NCBI GenBank assembly: GCA_003693705.1
Contig: RBZT01000721.1
Coordinates: 1-64,000, forward strand
DNA: 64,000 nt
Direction: 5' to 3'
DNA from: Polymyxa betae A26-41
Taxonomy: Eukaryota; Protista; Endomyxa: Phytomyxea
Part shown: positions 1 to 12,644 of the stretch, piece by piece
How positions within the stretch are numbered: position 1 is the first letter of the stretch
Layout of the letters: each line of letters opens with the position of its first letter
Translations under genes and position numbers: made by a program
The notes under the pieces: model-generated
Seen by the model: the letters and a program-made list of their open reading frames with translations, nothing else
Databases searched by the model: none
What the model was told of the DNA's origin: nothing

Positions 1-200
1 CTTTTTACTCGATCCTAACAAATTGACCACAGCGATCTGTTGCTTTCACTGACGTGATGTTTACAAGCAAACCATGACCGGGGAATTTATCCCAGACCAA
101 CGCGTAGCTATCCGGTAGCGAGTCATAAGAAACGTAACAATGTTTCTGGCGAATTAACGTCTTGCGTTGTTTCTTGGAGCTCGCAGGCCAGACATTAAAA

Positions 201-1223
201 TTATTGATACCGGTACCAGGATCCTTCTCAAATACGTAAGGAAGATGCTAGCTCATCTGAGGGGGGCTCTCGGGCTCTTCCATCTTGCATTTCGAAGTCT
301 TCTGATGGCGCCGTTGCTTCCGTCATTTCGGTGTCCGCCGTGATAGGCTCGATTTGGAGTTCCGTGCGGTCTTGTTCGATGTTAGCTCCGCCAGGAAAGG
401 AAATCCACCGACAGACAATCCTCCGAACATGTCACGGCAAGCAGATACCGGACCAGAGCTCGATTGGCTGAGCACCGCCTGAGTCGCACGAGACTCTGAT
501 CCTCGGCAGATAGCGCAGCGCTCTCCAGACGGCCAGCTGATGCATGATTGCGAGTCCACGTCCAGATAGGAGTGGCGAGTCATGAAGACCATACGTTTTG
601 CCGCATGGACAGACGCTTACGCCTCGCTGAACATCAACAGGCGGAGGACCCATCAGGTCTTCGTAGAAAAGACCTTGCGAACAGGATGGCATGGTCAAAG
701 GACAAACGGTCACAATCGGAATATCACGGAAAAAAGTTTCCTCCGACTTCGTAGTTGTGGCCGATTTTTGCGCTTCCATCAGTTGGATCATCTTGTCTAG
801 AGAAAAAACTTTGGCCGCAAAACACTGGGATGAAAGTGCGAATCAGTTTACGGATTTCTTTGATAATTCCAAACCTTGGAGATTCTGCGTATGCAGCAGC
901 ATACGGGCGAAATTGTCTCGGACTTTCGCCAAGCGGTCGGCCGCCTTGTTAATTTCGGCCCCGTTTTCGTTGATACTTATCCGCCAGGTTCAACCCCTCG
1001 ATGCTGGCGTGCTTGGGCAGGGGCTTTCTACTGAATGATGACAGTCAAATCTTGGAGGCGAGAACCTGTCCAGAGCAGCGAGGAGCTCGGCAGAAATATT
1101 GAGAAAAACCCATCATGATGGAAGGAAATACAGATGGCTGCAGATACGATAATTCGGTATAGCACAGGAGTTGTGACTTGTGCCAACAGCTTCAGGGTCA
1201 CCTCGTTGTAGGGTAGCGGTCAT
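201..1223 (-). CDS. Putative intron-containing gene of unknown function (boundaries uncertain)
   Basis: Minus-strand coding-like segments (432-791 ORF; acidic stretch ...ELQIEPITADTEMTEATAPSEDFEMQD...) with a plausible 55-nt GTAAAC...CTCTAG intron at 797-851. No recognisable family. Confidence 0.35.
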
Positions 1224-3189
1224 CAAAACTCGACAATTGTATACCGGTATACGGAAACAGAAATTGCTAAGAATTGAGGGCAAATGATGCTATCGGAATT
1301 CGGAAAACACCAATCGATAGATCTTGGGGAGGGTAACAATCCCTTTACTCATAAAGCACTTCAATCAGTAAAATTTGAAAGTCATGCGAATGAAGTATTA
1401 AAAACTGCGACCGGACTTTTTGGTTGGAGAATTGGACTTTTTTTTGAGAAAATTGTCGAGTATAGATGTAAGATGACCGCTACAGTAGGTAGGGTAAAAT
1501 AAGACAACTGCTGAAAATAGCTTCAAAAAAAGTAAAAAAAAAAATGATAAAAAAGTCACTAATCGGTTCTTCAGGCGTCACTGCATCGTGAGACGAATGG
1601 ATGACGTTCTTGAATATGGCAGTCAAACAGCTTCGCAGGATTCGCATTTGGTCACATCAGGACGGCGACCTCTTCATGAGTTCATGAAATATCAGGCTTC
1701 TTTACCGGAATCCGGCACGAGATCGTTTGAGAGCAATGGGTGGTCGGGCGACTGTGTCGAGTCAAAACCTGCAGCAACCAGCCATGAAGAATGACGGAGA
1801 AACAGCATTTCGGTGACTTAGCGGATGATGGTCAACGGCACATAAACAGAACGAAGCCATAGTAGACTTAGACAATGTTCATGGTTGGTGCTTATCATAT
1901 TAAGCACATTCTGCAACAGCAGGGACTACAGCAATGCTTAAAAGCAATATAAGCACTATCACAATGTAAGTAAGAATAAACACAAAAAGAAAAAAACTTC
2001 TGAATGTAAGCCGGTCTTGAGAATTTCGGAAAGCGAATTGGAAAAAGGAAGAAAGCAAAGAAACGCATTCAAGAAAAAAGACCCTGAAATGATGCCGAAA
2101 ATCGTTTCGAAAGATTTCTGCAAGATTCTTCATCGTTACTCTGATAACGCCTGGGTCAAAGAGATCTACCGATTCGATTCATTGTTTAAGACGAAAAGAA
2201 AACTGTCCAGAGCAAGCGATTTTGATAGTGGCGATTCTTCACTGTTTATTTAAGAGGAGCGCAATTCGTGCTAGAGTAACTAGCCAAATCTTCATACAAA
2301 AATCACTGCGAAGACTTGAAACAAAACGAATCGTTCAGTGTAGTCGATAGAGAGAACACAATTCCCAAGATTAAAGAAGCCAAACAACAACTCAATCTAG
2401 AATCGATAAACTTGACAAAAATAAATCGCATATTGAGGCAAAACATTTCTTACGAGACAATAAAGCACAAATCTCTGCCAAGTACGTTACGGGATTGGAA
2501 ATGAGTTTCTGCGGTCAAATACTCGACACATTTTATGCACATTTATGTAGGAAACTCGTTCGACTTCGAGGAGCGCGTTGCGGAGATTGTTAACGCAACA
2601 TGTCATATAACGCGTCCAGTCCGACAGAAAGTCCGAAGAGGCGAAGACCGCAGTGGTAACGCTGTTGCTATTCATTCATCATTCATCTATCGAGTAGGTA
2701 GTCGGGTTGGTGTCGTTGTGGTCGGGCTGCCTATCAAGATGGGCAGCAAGCCGCCGAGTCCCGATCTTGTTTCATCAATAAGTAAGTGTTATCTTTGAGT
2801 TTCCTGGCCGATGATGATCAAACTCCATGCTAATTCCGAATTCTATTGAAGATAGCTTGTCTCCTTACCTGAGGCCTTCAATTTCATCATTTTCGAATCA
2901 TCATGGTTTATGATTGCTAACTATATCGTGTTCAGATGATTGCTGTATTGCCTTCTCAAGGAATTGGCTTGTGTATTTAGCGTAGATGATTTTTTTCGAT
3001 TTCCTGCCTGATGAACAATGCACTTCTTTGTGTACAGCCGTTGACAATCAAATGATAATAGGCTGAATGGCGAAGTGCTACAGAAAATCCCTGCTTGCTT
3101 TCTGTTCATTACTGGATCTTCAGTACTCAGTAATCTACGAGTTTACTGGGAACATTATACAATCACAATAAACCCGAACGAGTCTATTT

Positions 3190-3592
3190 CTATTTATCCT
3201 TGCTTGAAGGTCGTCTTTGGAATGTCCTTGTGGTAGTAGGAGCCGATTCTGGGCCCATGAATCGGTCGATGATATATTCGTCCAATATCAAATCCAAAGC
3301 CCGGTCGAGATCAGCCAGAAGCGATCTCTCCATGAAGCCATTATCACGAATTTGGGCGATCTGTTGAAAAATTCAAGATTATGATTTCCGTCTTCAAAAC
3401 AGATTCAACCTGCTCTCGAAGCGCACCGCGAATGCCTTGACGACGCCGAACCCGACGCGCGACGAGGAAGGTGAAACCGAATACCAGGCCGAAGAAGACA
3501 GTGAGACGCGGCCGATTCACGAAAAGGATGACGAATATAGCAGCAACAGCGGCCGCGAATGGACTAAACGACACCTTGACCGATGACGCCAT
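3190..3592 (-). CDS. Small two-exon membrane protein, unknown function (~117 aa)
   Basis: ATG at 3592, two hydrophobic segments (FAAAVAAIFVILFV; LTVFFGLVFGFTFLV). A GT...CAG intron joins ...ALREQ to IAQIRDNGFMERSLLADLDRALDL...SSKDK* (TAG 3190-3192). Confidence 0.6.
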
Positions 3593-3697
3593 TATCTAAT
3601 GATATTCTCGAATATCACGGAATATTTCGCTTCTGATAAATTACTCATCAGATCGCTCAATATATTTATTCTCGAGACGTTATTTGAGAGGTCGTCA

Positions 3698-6600
3698 TCA
3701 GACATCAGGCTCTGCCTCATCTTCAGGCTTTAAGCCTTCGTAGCAAGTCAGCCCGAAGTTGTTCACGATTGTGTCGTCGGCGCCTTTCTTTACTAAGTAC
3801 GCAGCTAGCTCCTCGTACTTGTAGGCGAAACAATAATGAAGTGCAGTCTGGCCTTGTTTCTGGATAGCAGATGTCAATCGACAAATCACTATGAGTTATT
3901 TGCATATTCCCACATTCTGCTTGTTGATGTTTGAACCCCAACGCAAGCATGCCTTCACCATGCGTTTTGAGCCGCATTGGCAAGCAACATGCAAACATGT
4001 GTTGCCATGCTCGTCAAATGTATCGACAGGGACACCAAGCGAAAACAGCTCTTCAACCTGTTTCGCCCTACAAAATCCAGCGTTAAAATCATGCTCCTTC
4101 GGCAGATATTGTTGAGACCTGTTGTTGAGACATTTCGTGAATAAATCTTTTTGCTGTTCAGCTGTCAATGTCGGCTCTTCATCGCTGATGTGCCGGGCCT
4201 CGATCTCGTCAACTCCGGTTTTATTTAAATCGATTTCGTCGTCAAGGGCAGCATTAGCATTGGCCAATGGAGCAGCAGCGACACTAGAATCAGGTAATCG
4301 ACTAGCAGCAATTGCTGCTTTGCTTTTATCTTCAGCTACAGCCGAGCCTGTTCCAACGATAGCCGTTTGATCCGCACCTGCCAAACCAAACCATATCGAT
4401 TCAAATCGTCCGATTTGAAATCAAATAATGCGATTATACCTGGAGCTGCATTCGGACTGGCTGGTACTCCGCCTGGGGGTTTAAGACCACCGATGGGTGG
4501 TTTCGCTCTCGCTTGCCATACGTTGGCCTTGCCCAGCATTAGAATATTTGCATTCACAATGCCGCCGGAAGCACAAATACCTTTGCTTGTTCGGCGACCA
4601 CCGGCCTGTATGGGTTCATCGTAGCTGTCTTGATACCACGTAGAGGTGCCTGAAATCATTCTCAAAGGGTTGCTGAATAGCAATCAGTGCAAGAACCTGG
4701 TTATCATATGACATGCCAGCAATTCTAGCTGTTAGCAAGGCTGATCCAAGCGTTGTAATTGGCTGTGATTGCGTGCGGTCAGCTAAATTGACATTGTGAC
4801 CGAGATAATGCATTCCCGGAACTCCATCCATCTCCTATTTGTACCAATGTCAGCGAGGATATCCCCGTTTGTTTCTGAAAAGCAAACAGGTTGTGCGCTT
4901 TGATTGAAGTTGTTTTGCATCATTAGATTCTGCTGCTGCGCCATTAGCATTGTCAAAATCTCTGGTGTTATCGAACTCGAAGAGTTCTGGCCATTTCCTG
5001 GTCCGTGTCCACCGGCCAAAATACCTGATGATCCATGTATAAAGTTGTGCAAACAATGTTATTACTTGGCACATACCTTCAGCTTTGAGCTGAGCAACGA
5101 TAGCGGCTGTTAGCTCTTGCACGAGCCCCTTCGGAGGCTCATCTTTGACATCAATGCTGTTTTGGTTGATAGGATCAGCATCAACCTTGGGTAGACAGCT
5201 TTAATACTGGGCGTAACATTGACAAAGAGTGTACCTCTGGAACCTCGGCGTTCGCCTTCATTTGAGAGACATCATCAACATGAAAGGACTCCTCTTCTTC
5301 AACTTTGGTTTCAGCTTCGGCTTCTTCCTTTGCCTTTTCAGCTTCTGTTGGTAAGGATATCTATGACGGCGTTAATAGCATTCAACTTGTTCGATTGTCT
5401 TACTGTTGTTGGGTCAATCGTTTCAACGTCATCAAGCCCCAAATCCACGTCGCTAGGAACGAAATCTAAAGCAAAGTCATTCCAGGTAAAGCATGGTGAA
5501 CTGTTAGACCTTTTTGAAGAATGGTGGTGCGTTTGCAGGGTGCTGCAACGGTGCGCTTGTCTGCAAGAACATCTTCCCATGGCGTTTTGATGATATGGTT
5601 GATTGGGTCCTGAATCTGCGGCGAAGTATCTGTAATCGGTCGAACTTTCCTATCATGTGCTGTTAGCATGCTTAACGGAAATCATTCCCGATTTATGTAA
5701 CCTGGATTCCAGTGGCGGTACTGGACCACCGTATGATATCGTCGATGGCGGATTCTATGTCTCTCAGTCTCTGGCAAAGCAAAGAGAAATACAACCGAGC
5801 TACCTCTCTGTATGCAGGTCCTGTATCTTCATCAAGACCGTATGGTTCAACATTGGGACGAAACAAAATTCTCGAGTATTTGTTCTCAGGCAAGACAAGA
5901 GTAGTGGGATGGGAAAACGCTTCCATCAAATAGGGACTCAACAAAGGCTTTGGCGTATCCTCTTCAGATGTCACAGCCTCGATTTGCGTATAAGTCATCG
6001 TGTTAACTGTGCCGAATACTCATTGCAATGACAGCGAACGAGAGACGACAAACCTCCGGCGTCTGTGGCTCTGGTTACGATATCCTCTGTCGTCATAGCT
6101 GCCCTCGCTGCTCGCTCTTGTACAATCTTCTCGTCCTTGGAATCGTCAGCATCTTTCTTTCCGACAACTTGCACCTGATCCGCTTTGCTGTTGATTTTCC
6201 TGACGAGGTTCTGAGCAGAGCGGTTTAGTCAGATTTCGAAGCGTTAATAAACTCCCACATCTAGTTTGCCGATGAGTGCTTTCGATGAATTTCCCTTCGT
6301 GTCTTGAGACCCTTCTTGAGCTGCAACAATTCCAATCTGCAATTCGGGATGATCTTCAGACGGGAAATCATCCCGTTGTTGCGTTTTCGATTCTGTCCCC
6401 GAATCCGTTTGACCTACCCGATAGTAAGAGGTTGATGTCATGATAGTTAGGAACTCTAATACTTTGACCAAGAGCTTTCAGTCGCGCGGCAACGGCGGGA
6501 TCGCTAGAGAAGAATGGAGAAGACTGGACAGTTTGTCTGACAGCATGCTCGCCTAATTTCCCTCCTAAAACGGATGTCAATATATCCAGAACTTCATCGT

Positions 6601-7264
6601 CTTGAGTCTTCTTGGGCAGGAAAGTTTTCTCTTCAGTCTTTTTTGAAGACCCAGATTTTCCTAAACGGCAATGAGTCATACTTTCTGTTAAAATGCACAT
6701 GACCAGCCTGTAATAGAAGCGAGAACAGTGCTTTCAGACTTGGAGATCTTTTTCACATTGGCTGCCTTGACATCACTAATAGAGCCAAGTTTCTTCTTGT
6801 CGCGAAGCAATTGCGTTTTAGTCAGAGGGGAAGCCTTCACAGACTTTTTTGAGGAAGATGCCGACTTTTTCACTGTCGATTTTTTTGAGGATTTTGCAGT
6901 GCGTTTTGGCTTATTTGCGAAAACAGAACTGCTTAGGGACGAATCGCGTTCAAGGACCTATAAGAGGTCCCGGTTTCATGCAATTTATGATGGCTTTCCG
7001 CGATGAGTGTACCTTGGACCAATCTACATCAACATTCGTTGTGCTACTTTCCCATTTCTCAGGCGAATGTCCGATTGGCATGGCTTGTGCATTCTTGATG
7101 CCGACCGTATGGGCGCCAGTAGCTGAAATGATCTCATCCCCATTTGCTACAGTATTTCGTTTGTGTTGCTTAATGAGGTCCTCGATCGTGATGCCCTTAT
7201 CATGCAAATACCGTTCGACATCCTCACCATAGCGGTACGCTGGCAAATCGGGCGGATCCGACAT
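3698..7264 (-). CDS. Large multi-exon protein with C-terminal ankyrin repeats
   Basis: Chain of minus-strand exons linked by short GT-AG introns. The C-terminal exons carry ankyrin motifs (DEHGNTCLHVACQCGSKRMVKACLRWGSNIN|KQGQTALHYCFAYKYEELAAYLVKKGAD). It is not certain that all upstream exons belong to one gene. Confidence 0.65.
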
Positions 7265-7400
7265 GATATATAGAGGTAATCTTGATCGACCTACATGTAC
7301 ATGGCGATCTTAGGAACCTTCATTGTCACCAGATCCGGTTTATTATGAAAGTGCAGACGATGGTCTCAGAGAGGTAGCGTTGCAGCGATTTCAGAGTCTT

Positions 7401-7450
7401 GGGGTCATGGGGTCTGTCTGATTATGGGGTCAAGGGGTCTGTCTGATTTT
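7401..7450. repeat. 25-bp tandem duplication in a divergent promoter
   Basis: GGGGTCATGGGGTCTGTCTGATTAT followed by GGGGTCAAGGGGTCTGTCTGATTTT. Confidence 0.85.
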
Positions 7451-7741
7451 GGACACAATCCTGGAGCGACGTTCCTAGGACTATCGTATGAAATTGACAG
7501 AGACGAGACCCCCAGCTGGGGTAAGGTCCAGAATTAGCTAATTCTGCCACGGAATATTGTTACTTGACCACATAGAGCGCATCCTCGTCTTACACACAAG
7601 GGTGTGTTAGAGCTCCTTGACCATTTTCACCATTTGCTATTCAACGGCCGCCAAGGCCATTCGCTATAACGGTCGAGCCTGACCAGCTCTTCCGTCACCA
7701 GCCATCATAGAGTCGTTCGTACCCCATCCGGGTCGTCGTAC

Positions 7742-8745
7742 ATGCCTCATAAGGTGGAGCATTCGTCCAGTGAGAATCGGCAGCAGCATCGACATTCTGC
7801 GTTGGTGCCGAACTTGACTGATTCGTCTAAAAAAACGGTCGCCGTTCTGGCGTGCGTTTTAAAGCAGCTTTGCTCCAGGAATGACCAGGTTGGTGGTTTC
7901 TTACAGTGGCGTAAAAGTTTCTATACTAGTGGTCTCTCATCATTGCTGCAAATTTGCATGTTTTTTTCGAAGTGAATCCTTAGTAATAATGATGCTGTTA
8001 GCTAGTTTTAGATCCAGATTCGGTAACAAAATTTCATGCATTAAGGCCGCCTGCAATATCGGTCTTGGATTATCTGGAGAGGTATGAGGAATATCCTGGT
8101 TTTTACTTTTACTCGGCTGCTAACGTTTGTTGCTTGTCTGTCTTAGGATAAGGAAATATGCTGCTTGTAGCGAGCAATGTTTTATCCTAGCGTTGGTCTA
8201 TATCGACAGAATAATACAAAGCAACCATAACTTCACTGTTAACTCTCTTAACGTACATCGTTTGCTAATAACCAGGTACATATTTAACCAAACGAATGCT
8301 TTTTATTTCATTAATATTGGGTTTATGTAACTAGTGTAATGCTGGCTGCCAAATTCTTCGACGACCAATATTTCAACAACGCATACTATGCCAAGATTGG
8401 TGGAGTGCCCTGTTCTGAAATCAACTCATTGGAAGTTGAATTTCTTTTCATGATCAACTTCTCGCTGTTTGTCACATCAGAAGCATACGAACAGGTATTT
8501 GATAATGTCCATTTGCTGTCGCTGTATAGCTCTGATCCCGTTCTCTTTAGTATTATTCAGAATTACAAAACCATGCTCTGAATAGTGGCTGTTCATGTCA
8601 AGCAGATCTGGGTCCGCCTCCGTCACCAAACCTGATGTGTCAAGCCGCTTCTCCCGATAATTCACAACCTAGGAAAGATATACCTACCAAATCAACCACT
8701 CCCAGAAGACTGATCACAAGGAGTCAGAAGCGACCCGCTCATTGA
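7742..8745 (+). CDS. PHO80/cyclin-U (P-type) cyclin, 5 exons
   Basis: Spliced product contains [17 protein letters not shown]|[21 protein letters not shown]...NVHRLLIT|[25 protein letters not shown]...[10 protein letters not shown]; TGA at 8743-8745. Confidence 0.92.
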
Positions 8746-8985
8746 AGAAAAAATAATTATAAATTATTTACATCCACCAAGCCGATTTTTGGCGTCTGAT
8801 CGGATAGTTATTTTACACCAGGTGTCAAAAGAGATTTTATATTTGAATGAGGTTTCTAGATTTCCGTCGACTGCATACAAATATGTCCTGGGAAGGAACT
8901 GCACAGAAACGTATGGCATTATAGCAGCAGCTCTAAAGCATTGTGGCACTTCCCTATCATTTCCCAAGGCGCAATTCACTGCCCG

Positions 8986-10729
8986 ATGGCGTCCGGCCGG
9001 GTATCCACGACCATGGCCCTGTCCCTCGACAACCTCAACTCCAGAGTGCTTCGGGCCCGTTATGCTGTTCGTAGCGAGGTTGCCGCTCGAGCCGTCGAAC
9101 TCGCCGAACGTCTTGCTAATAATGACACGACCCTCCCCTTTAAATCAGTGATTCCTTGCAATATTGGTCTGAACGTCCTCAACATATTGTTGAGTTTGCT
9201 AAACTTTAAATAGGCAACCCGCATGCTGTTTTAAGCCAAAAGCCCCTGACTTATATCAGACAAGTAGCCTGTTTTTATTCAAATTGATTCGTCCTGAGTG
9301 ATGATAGATCCTATCTCTCTGTATGTATCCCGACCTGCTTAACACACAGGGAATCTTCCCGCCAGACACGATCTCTCGCGCTCGTGAGCTGCTCTCGTCG
9401 ATTCCTGGTGGTATCGGGGCCTATTCGAACAGCCAGGTAAGCCGTCGACATTATTAGATTTATGGCATTCAAACGATTCTCTACAGGGCTTGGAATGTGT
9501 CCGATTGGCGATTGCCAAGTTTCTTACGAAACGGGATGGTGTCGAGACCAACGCCAGCGAGATCTATTGTACAAAAGGCGCTTCCGAGGCTGTTAAGATG
9601 ACTTTAGACTGTTTGATTGGAAGCGAACATGATGGCGTTATGGTCCCTATACCACAATATCCATTATATTCAGCAACTCTAACATTGCTGGGCGGCCAAA
9701 CAATCGGCTATTATCTCAACGAAGACGATCAGTGGTCACAAAGCGTTTCCGGACTGAAACAGGCCTACGAGAAAGCTCTGAACGATGGCGTCAATGTTCG
9801 GGCATTGGTGCTCATCAATCCAGGCAACCCGACCGGGCAGGTCCTGGACCGGGTTACCCTTGAAAAAAGCATCCAATTCTGTGCTGATAAGGATCTGGTG
9901 GAATATATATAGCCGTTTCGCAAAGCTGGCGATTGACGTTGTCTGGTTCAGGTTTTGATGGCTGATGAGGTGTACGCCGATAATGTCTATGACGATAGAA
10001 GCGAGTTCGTGTCGTGTCGAAGAGTGGCGAATGAGATGGGCGTCTCTGTTCAGACGGTCTCGTACAATTCAGTTTCCAAAGGTCGGCTTGCTGACAATAA
10101 TGAGAAGTATTTTTTCAAGAAAGGTTTTAGGATATACTGGCGAATGTGGTCTTCGTGGAGGTTATATGCATCTTTCAAACTTTGCAGATGATGTTCGGTA
10201 TTATGATTTGTATAGGCTGTATTGTTGTTATCTAATGCGTCTTGTTAGAGAGCAGATTACCAAGATCGCCAGTATGAGTTTATGCTCGAATACGGTTGGA
10301 CAACTTGCTATGGCGCTACATCTGTCTCCACCACGAAGAGACGAGCCTTCATATGAGCTGTATAAATCGGAGAAGGACGCCATCGTCGGCAGTTTAAAAC
10401 GTCGCGCCATTCGGGTCTCAGAGGCATTAAACAAGCTTCAAGGAATTTCGTGCACTTTGATTCAAGGGGCGATGTATGCATTTCCTAGAGTTCGTCTGCC
10501 AGAAAATGCGGTGGCGGCAGCCAAGGACAGAAAAATTGCCCCGGATGAGCTTTATGTTCGCGAGATGCTAGAAGAGACTGGTGTTGCATGTGTTGCTGGA
10601 AGCGGATTTCTGCAAGAGGACGGCACATTTCATTTCAGAATTACGATCTTGCCACCAGAAGAACAGATCGATGAGGTCATACAGCGCATCTCTCAGTTTC
10701 ATTCACGGTTCATGTCGCGATATCGCTAA
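8986..10729 (+). CDS. Alanine aminotransferase (PLP-dependent class I/II), multi-exon
   Basis: Motifs YAVRSE, CNIG|NP, PIPQYPLYSATL, INPGNPTGQVL, ADEVY, SVSK|GYTGECGLRGGY, GSGF...HFRITILP. Confidence 0.95.
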
Positions 10730-10887
10730 ATTCATCATGCATTGAATACATGTCGTACTGACTCTAACCTAGATTTGGAGTGTAGTGTTTACATGAGATA
10801 GCAAAAAGCGAAGAGCACAGGCGCTAATAATTTTGCAAAAGAACACAAGAAAGTTAGAAGCCGGAAATCGAACCTGATTGCATTGGG

Positions 10888-11229
10888 TTGGATTCATCTA
10901 GTTCGCTGATTTGTCAAAGAAGACCTGAGATGAAGGCGGATCTGTTCTATCAACAGCTCGATGCAGTATTCCTGGTCTGCAGCGCTTTCAATGCTCCATC
11001 AGGCTGTGAATTGAATATTATGCTGGACAACATCCGAGTGTTTGCATTCGATGAAAAAACGACCAACCGAGTCAGTTTCCCCAAGATCAAACAGAATAGG
11101 GCGTTCATTCGTATAACAATTCGCTTGCCTCTGAGAGCTCATAGCATCATCGCTATTTCATTTTTGAAAGACAAGATTCTCGCCTTTGCTCGCCATCCAT
11201 TTAGTCCAGAATATTCAGCTGCCTACTAA
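10888..11229 (+). mobile_element. Possible highly decayed mariner/Tc1 transposase fragment
   Basis: KADLFYQQLD and RHPFSPEYS loosely resemble mariner 'INxDxYxxQL' and 'HPPYSPDL' motifs; weak match. Confidence 0.25.
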
Positions 11230-11727
11230 AGGTCATGCTAAATCTCTGCATTTCTGGGTTTCGTCGATATATGGGACGATGCGTTAACTAACGACGATGG
11301 ATGACGAGACCGGAGGGCGCGCGGAGTCCGCGGCGTCCAGCTTCATGATCCGTGGCGGCCACCGCTCTGGACCTCATTCTTGATTCGACCCGGTTGGCTT
11401 CCGATCGCATCTCGATCAACTCATTCAGGTAAGCGATTGGTTGTCTGTTTGTTATTGGCTCTCTCTTATTTCGATGATGATCAAAACACCAGTCCTTTTC
11501 ACTGAATACCCCTGTGTGGACTCCATTGTTTCAGCCTTGCCTGAGTTTTCTTCCTTTCTATCTATTTCATCCGTCTGTCTGCTTCGCTGCATGCTAATAT
11601 ATGTGCTCTCATAGGTCGGCGCTCTCATAAACTTTACAAATTTCAATAAAATCGCGAATTTTCTCACGAAACCATGACTGTAATGTGTAGAGATCGATGG
11701 TACACGCAGGGCCAGCATTCCCTCCCA

Positions 11728-12364
11728 TGGATAGCGATATTCAGCACATGATTGCCAGTCTCGATAAAAGCATCGACTATACAGAGAGTGGGCCGGCAAG
11801 ACCTGTTTTGTTATCGCGGCCGTCGCCTGCGCCGTTCCCGACGAGATCCGCGACTCCCGACCTGGACGAACTTCTACGCCAGCTCGACGCCGAGATCGAC
11901 CAGGAGGCGACGCCGACCTCTGTCGCGACCGATTCGTCCTGGGTGAAATGTTCGGTGGCGACGCTGGCGAACGGGGCGGCCGCCTGCGAAACGATTCGCT
12001 GTACGATGTGCGACCATCAGGTCGTACAGATCCGCGACCACCTCTGGCATCCCACCGCCGATTATTTCTTCTTCCGAAGTAATCACACAGCGTCGCCGTG
12101 CCGCTCTTTGAATGATCGCCGTCGCTATAGATAACGTCCCCAACCAGGCCAAGCTGCAGGCGAAACTCGTCCCCCGATCGGGTCGGTGACTTTCACAGGC
12201 ACTAATCATCATATATAAGCGAGTTGACAGGCGTGGCCGCGTACGCCTGCCAGTGCAGCTGGGCGAACGTCGACGAGATCCGGCGAATAGGCTCGGGATC
12301 CGGTCCGAAATGGGTCTGCTCCGGGCATCGCAGTCGTACCGACCCGCCGGCGCCGCGTCGCTGA
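11728..12364 (+). CDS. CFAP418: CFAP418/C8orf37-like cilia-associated protein
   Basis: DLDELL, CETIRCTMCDHQV...WHPTADYFFFR|N.PNQAKLQAKL...AYACQCSW...KWVCSGH across two short introns. The start could be 11697. Confidence 0.85.
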
Positions 12365-12644
12365 CCAGGACGCACATGTTGCTGTTATACTGCTTGATAG
12401 ATTTTTAAAATAAAAAGATTGGTAGATAAACAGCTGCTGGGAAAGCGATCATCGAGAGTAGGATAGGTTGCTGTTAGGGTTTGTTTCAGAGTGTGGTAAT
12501 GTCTGATAGGAGATCGAGGGTCCGCACGGACTTCAACCCAGTTTATATAGCCGCTAGTAACGTCTTGGGCGTCTGTCTGTCTGTGTGTGTGTGCCAATCG
12601 TCCCCGCCCCATCATCGTCTGCACCACCGGGACACCCTACAACC

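Noticed and set aside
201-1223. One minus-strand frame of ~340 codons interrupted only by five TGA codons, suggesting TGA recoding
   Set aside because: At least one TGA lies in a plausible GT-AG intron that shifts the frame, and conserved genes in the window use TGA as a normal stop with no internal TGAs.
1284-3110. Short ORFs in the 1.3-3.1 kb gap
   Set aside because: No recognisable motifs or coherent splice model; possibly decayed sequence.
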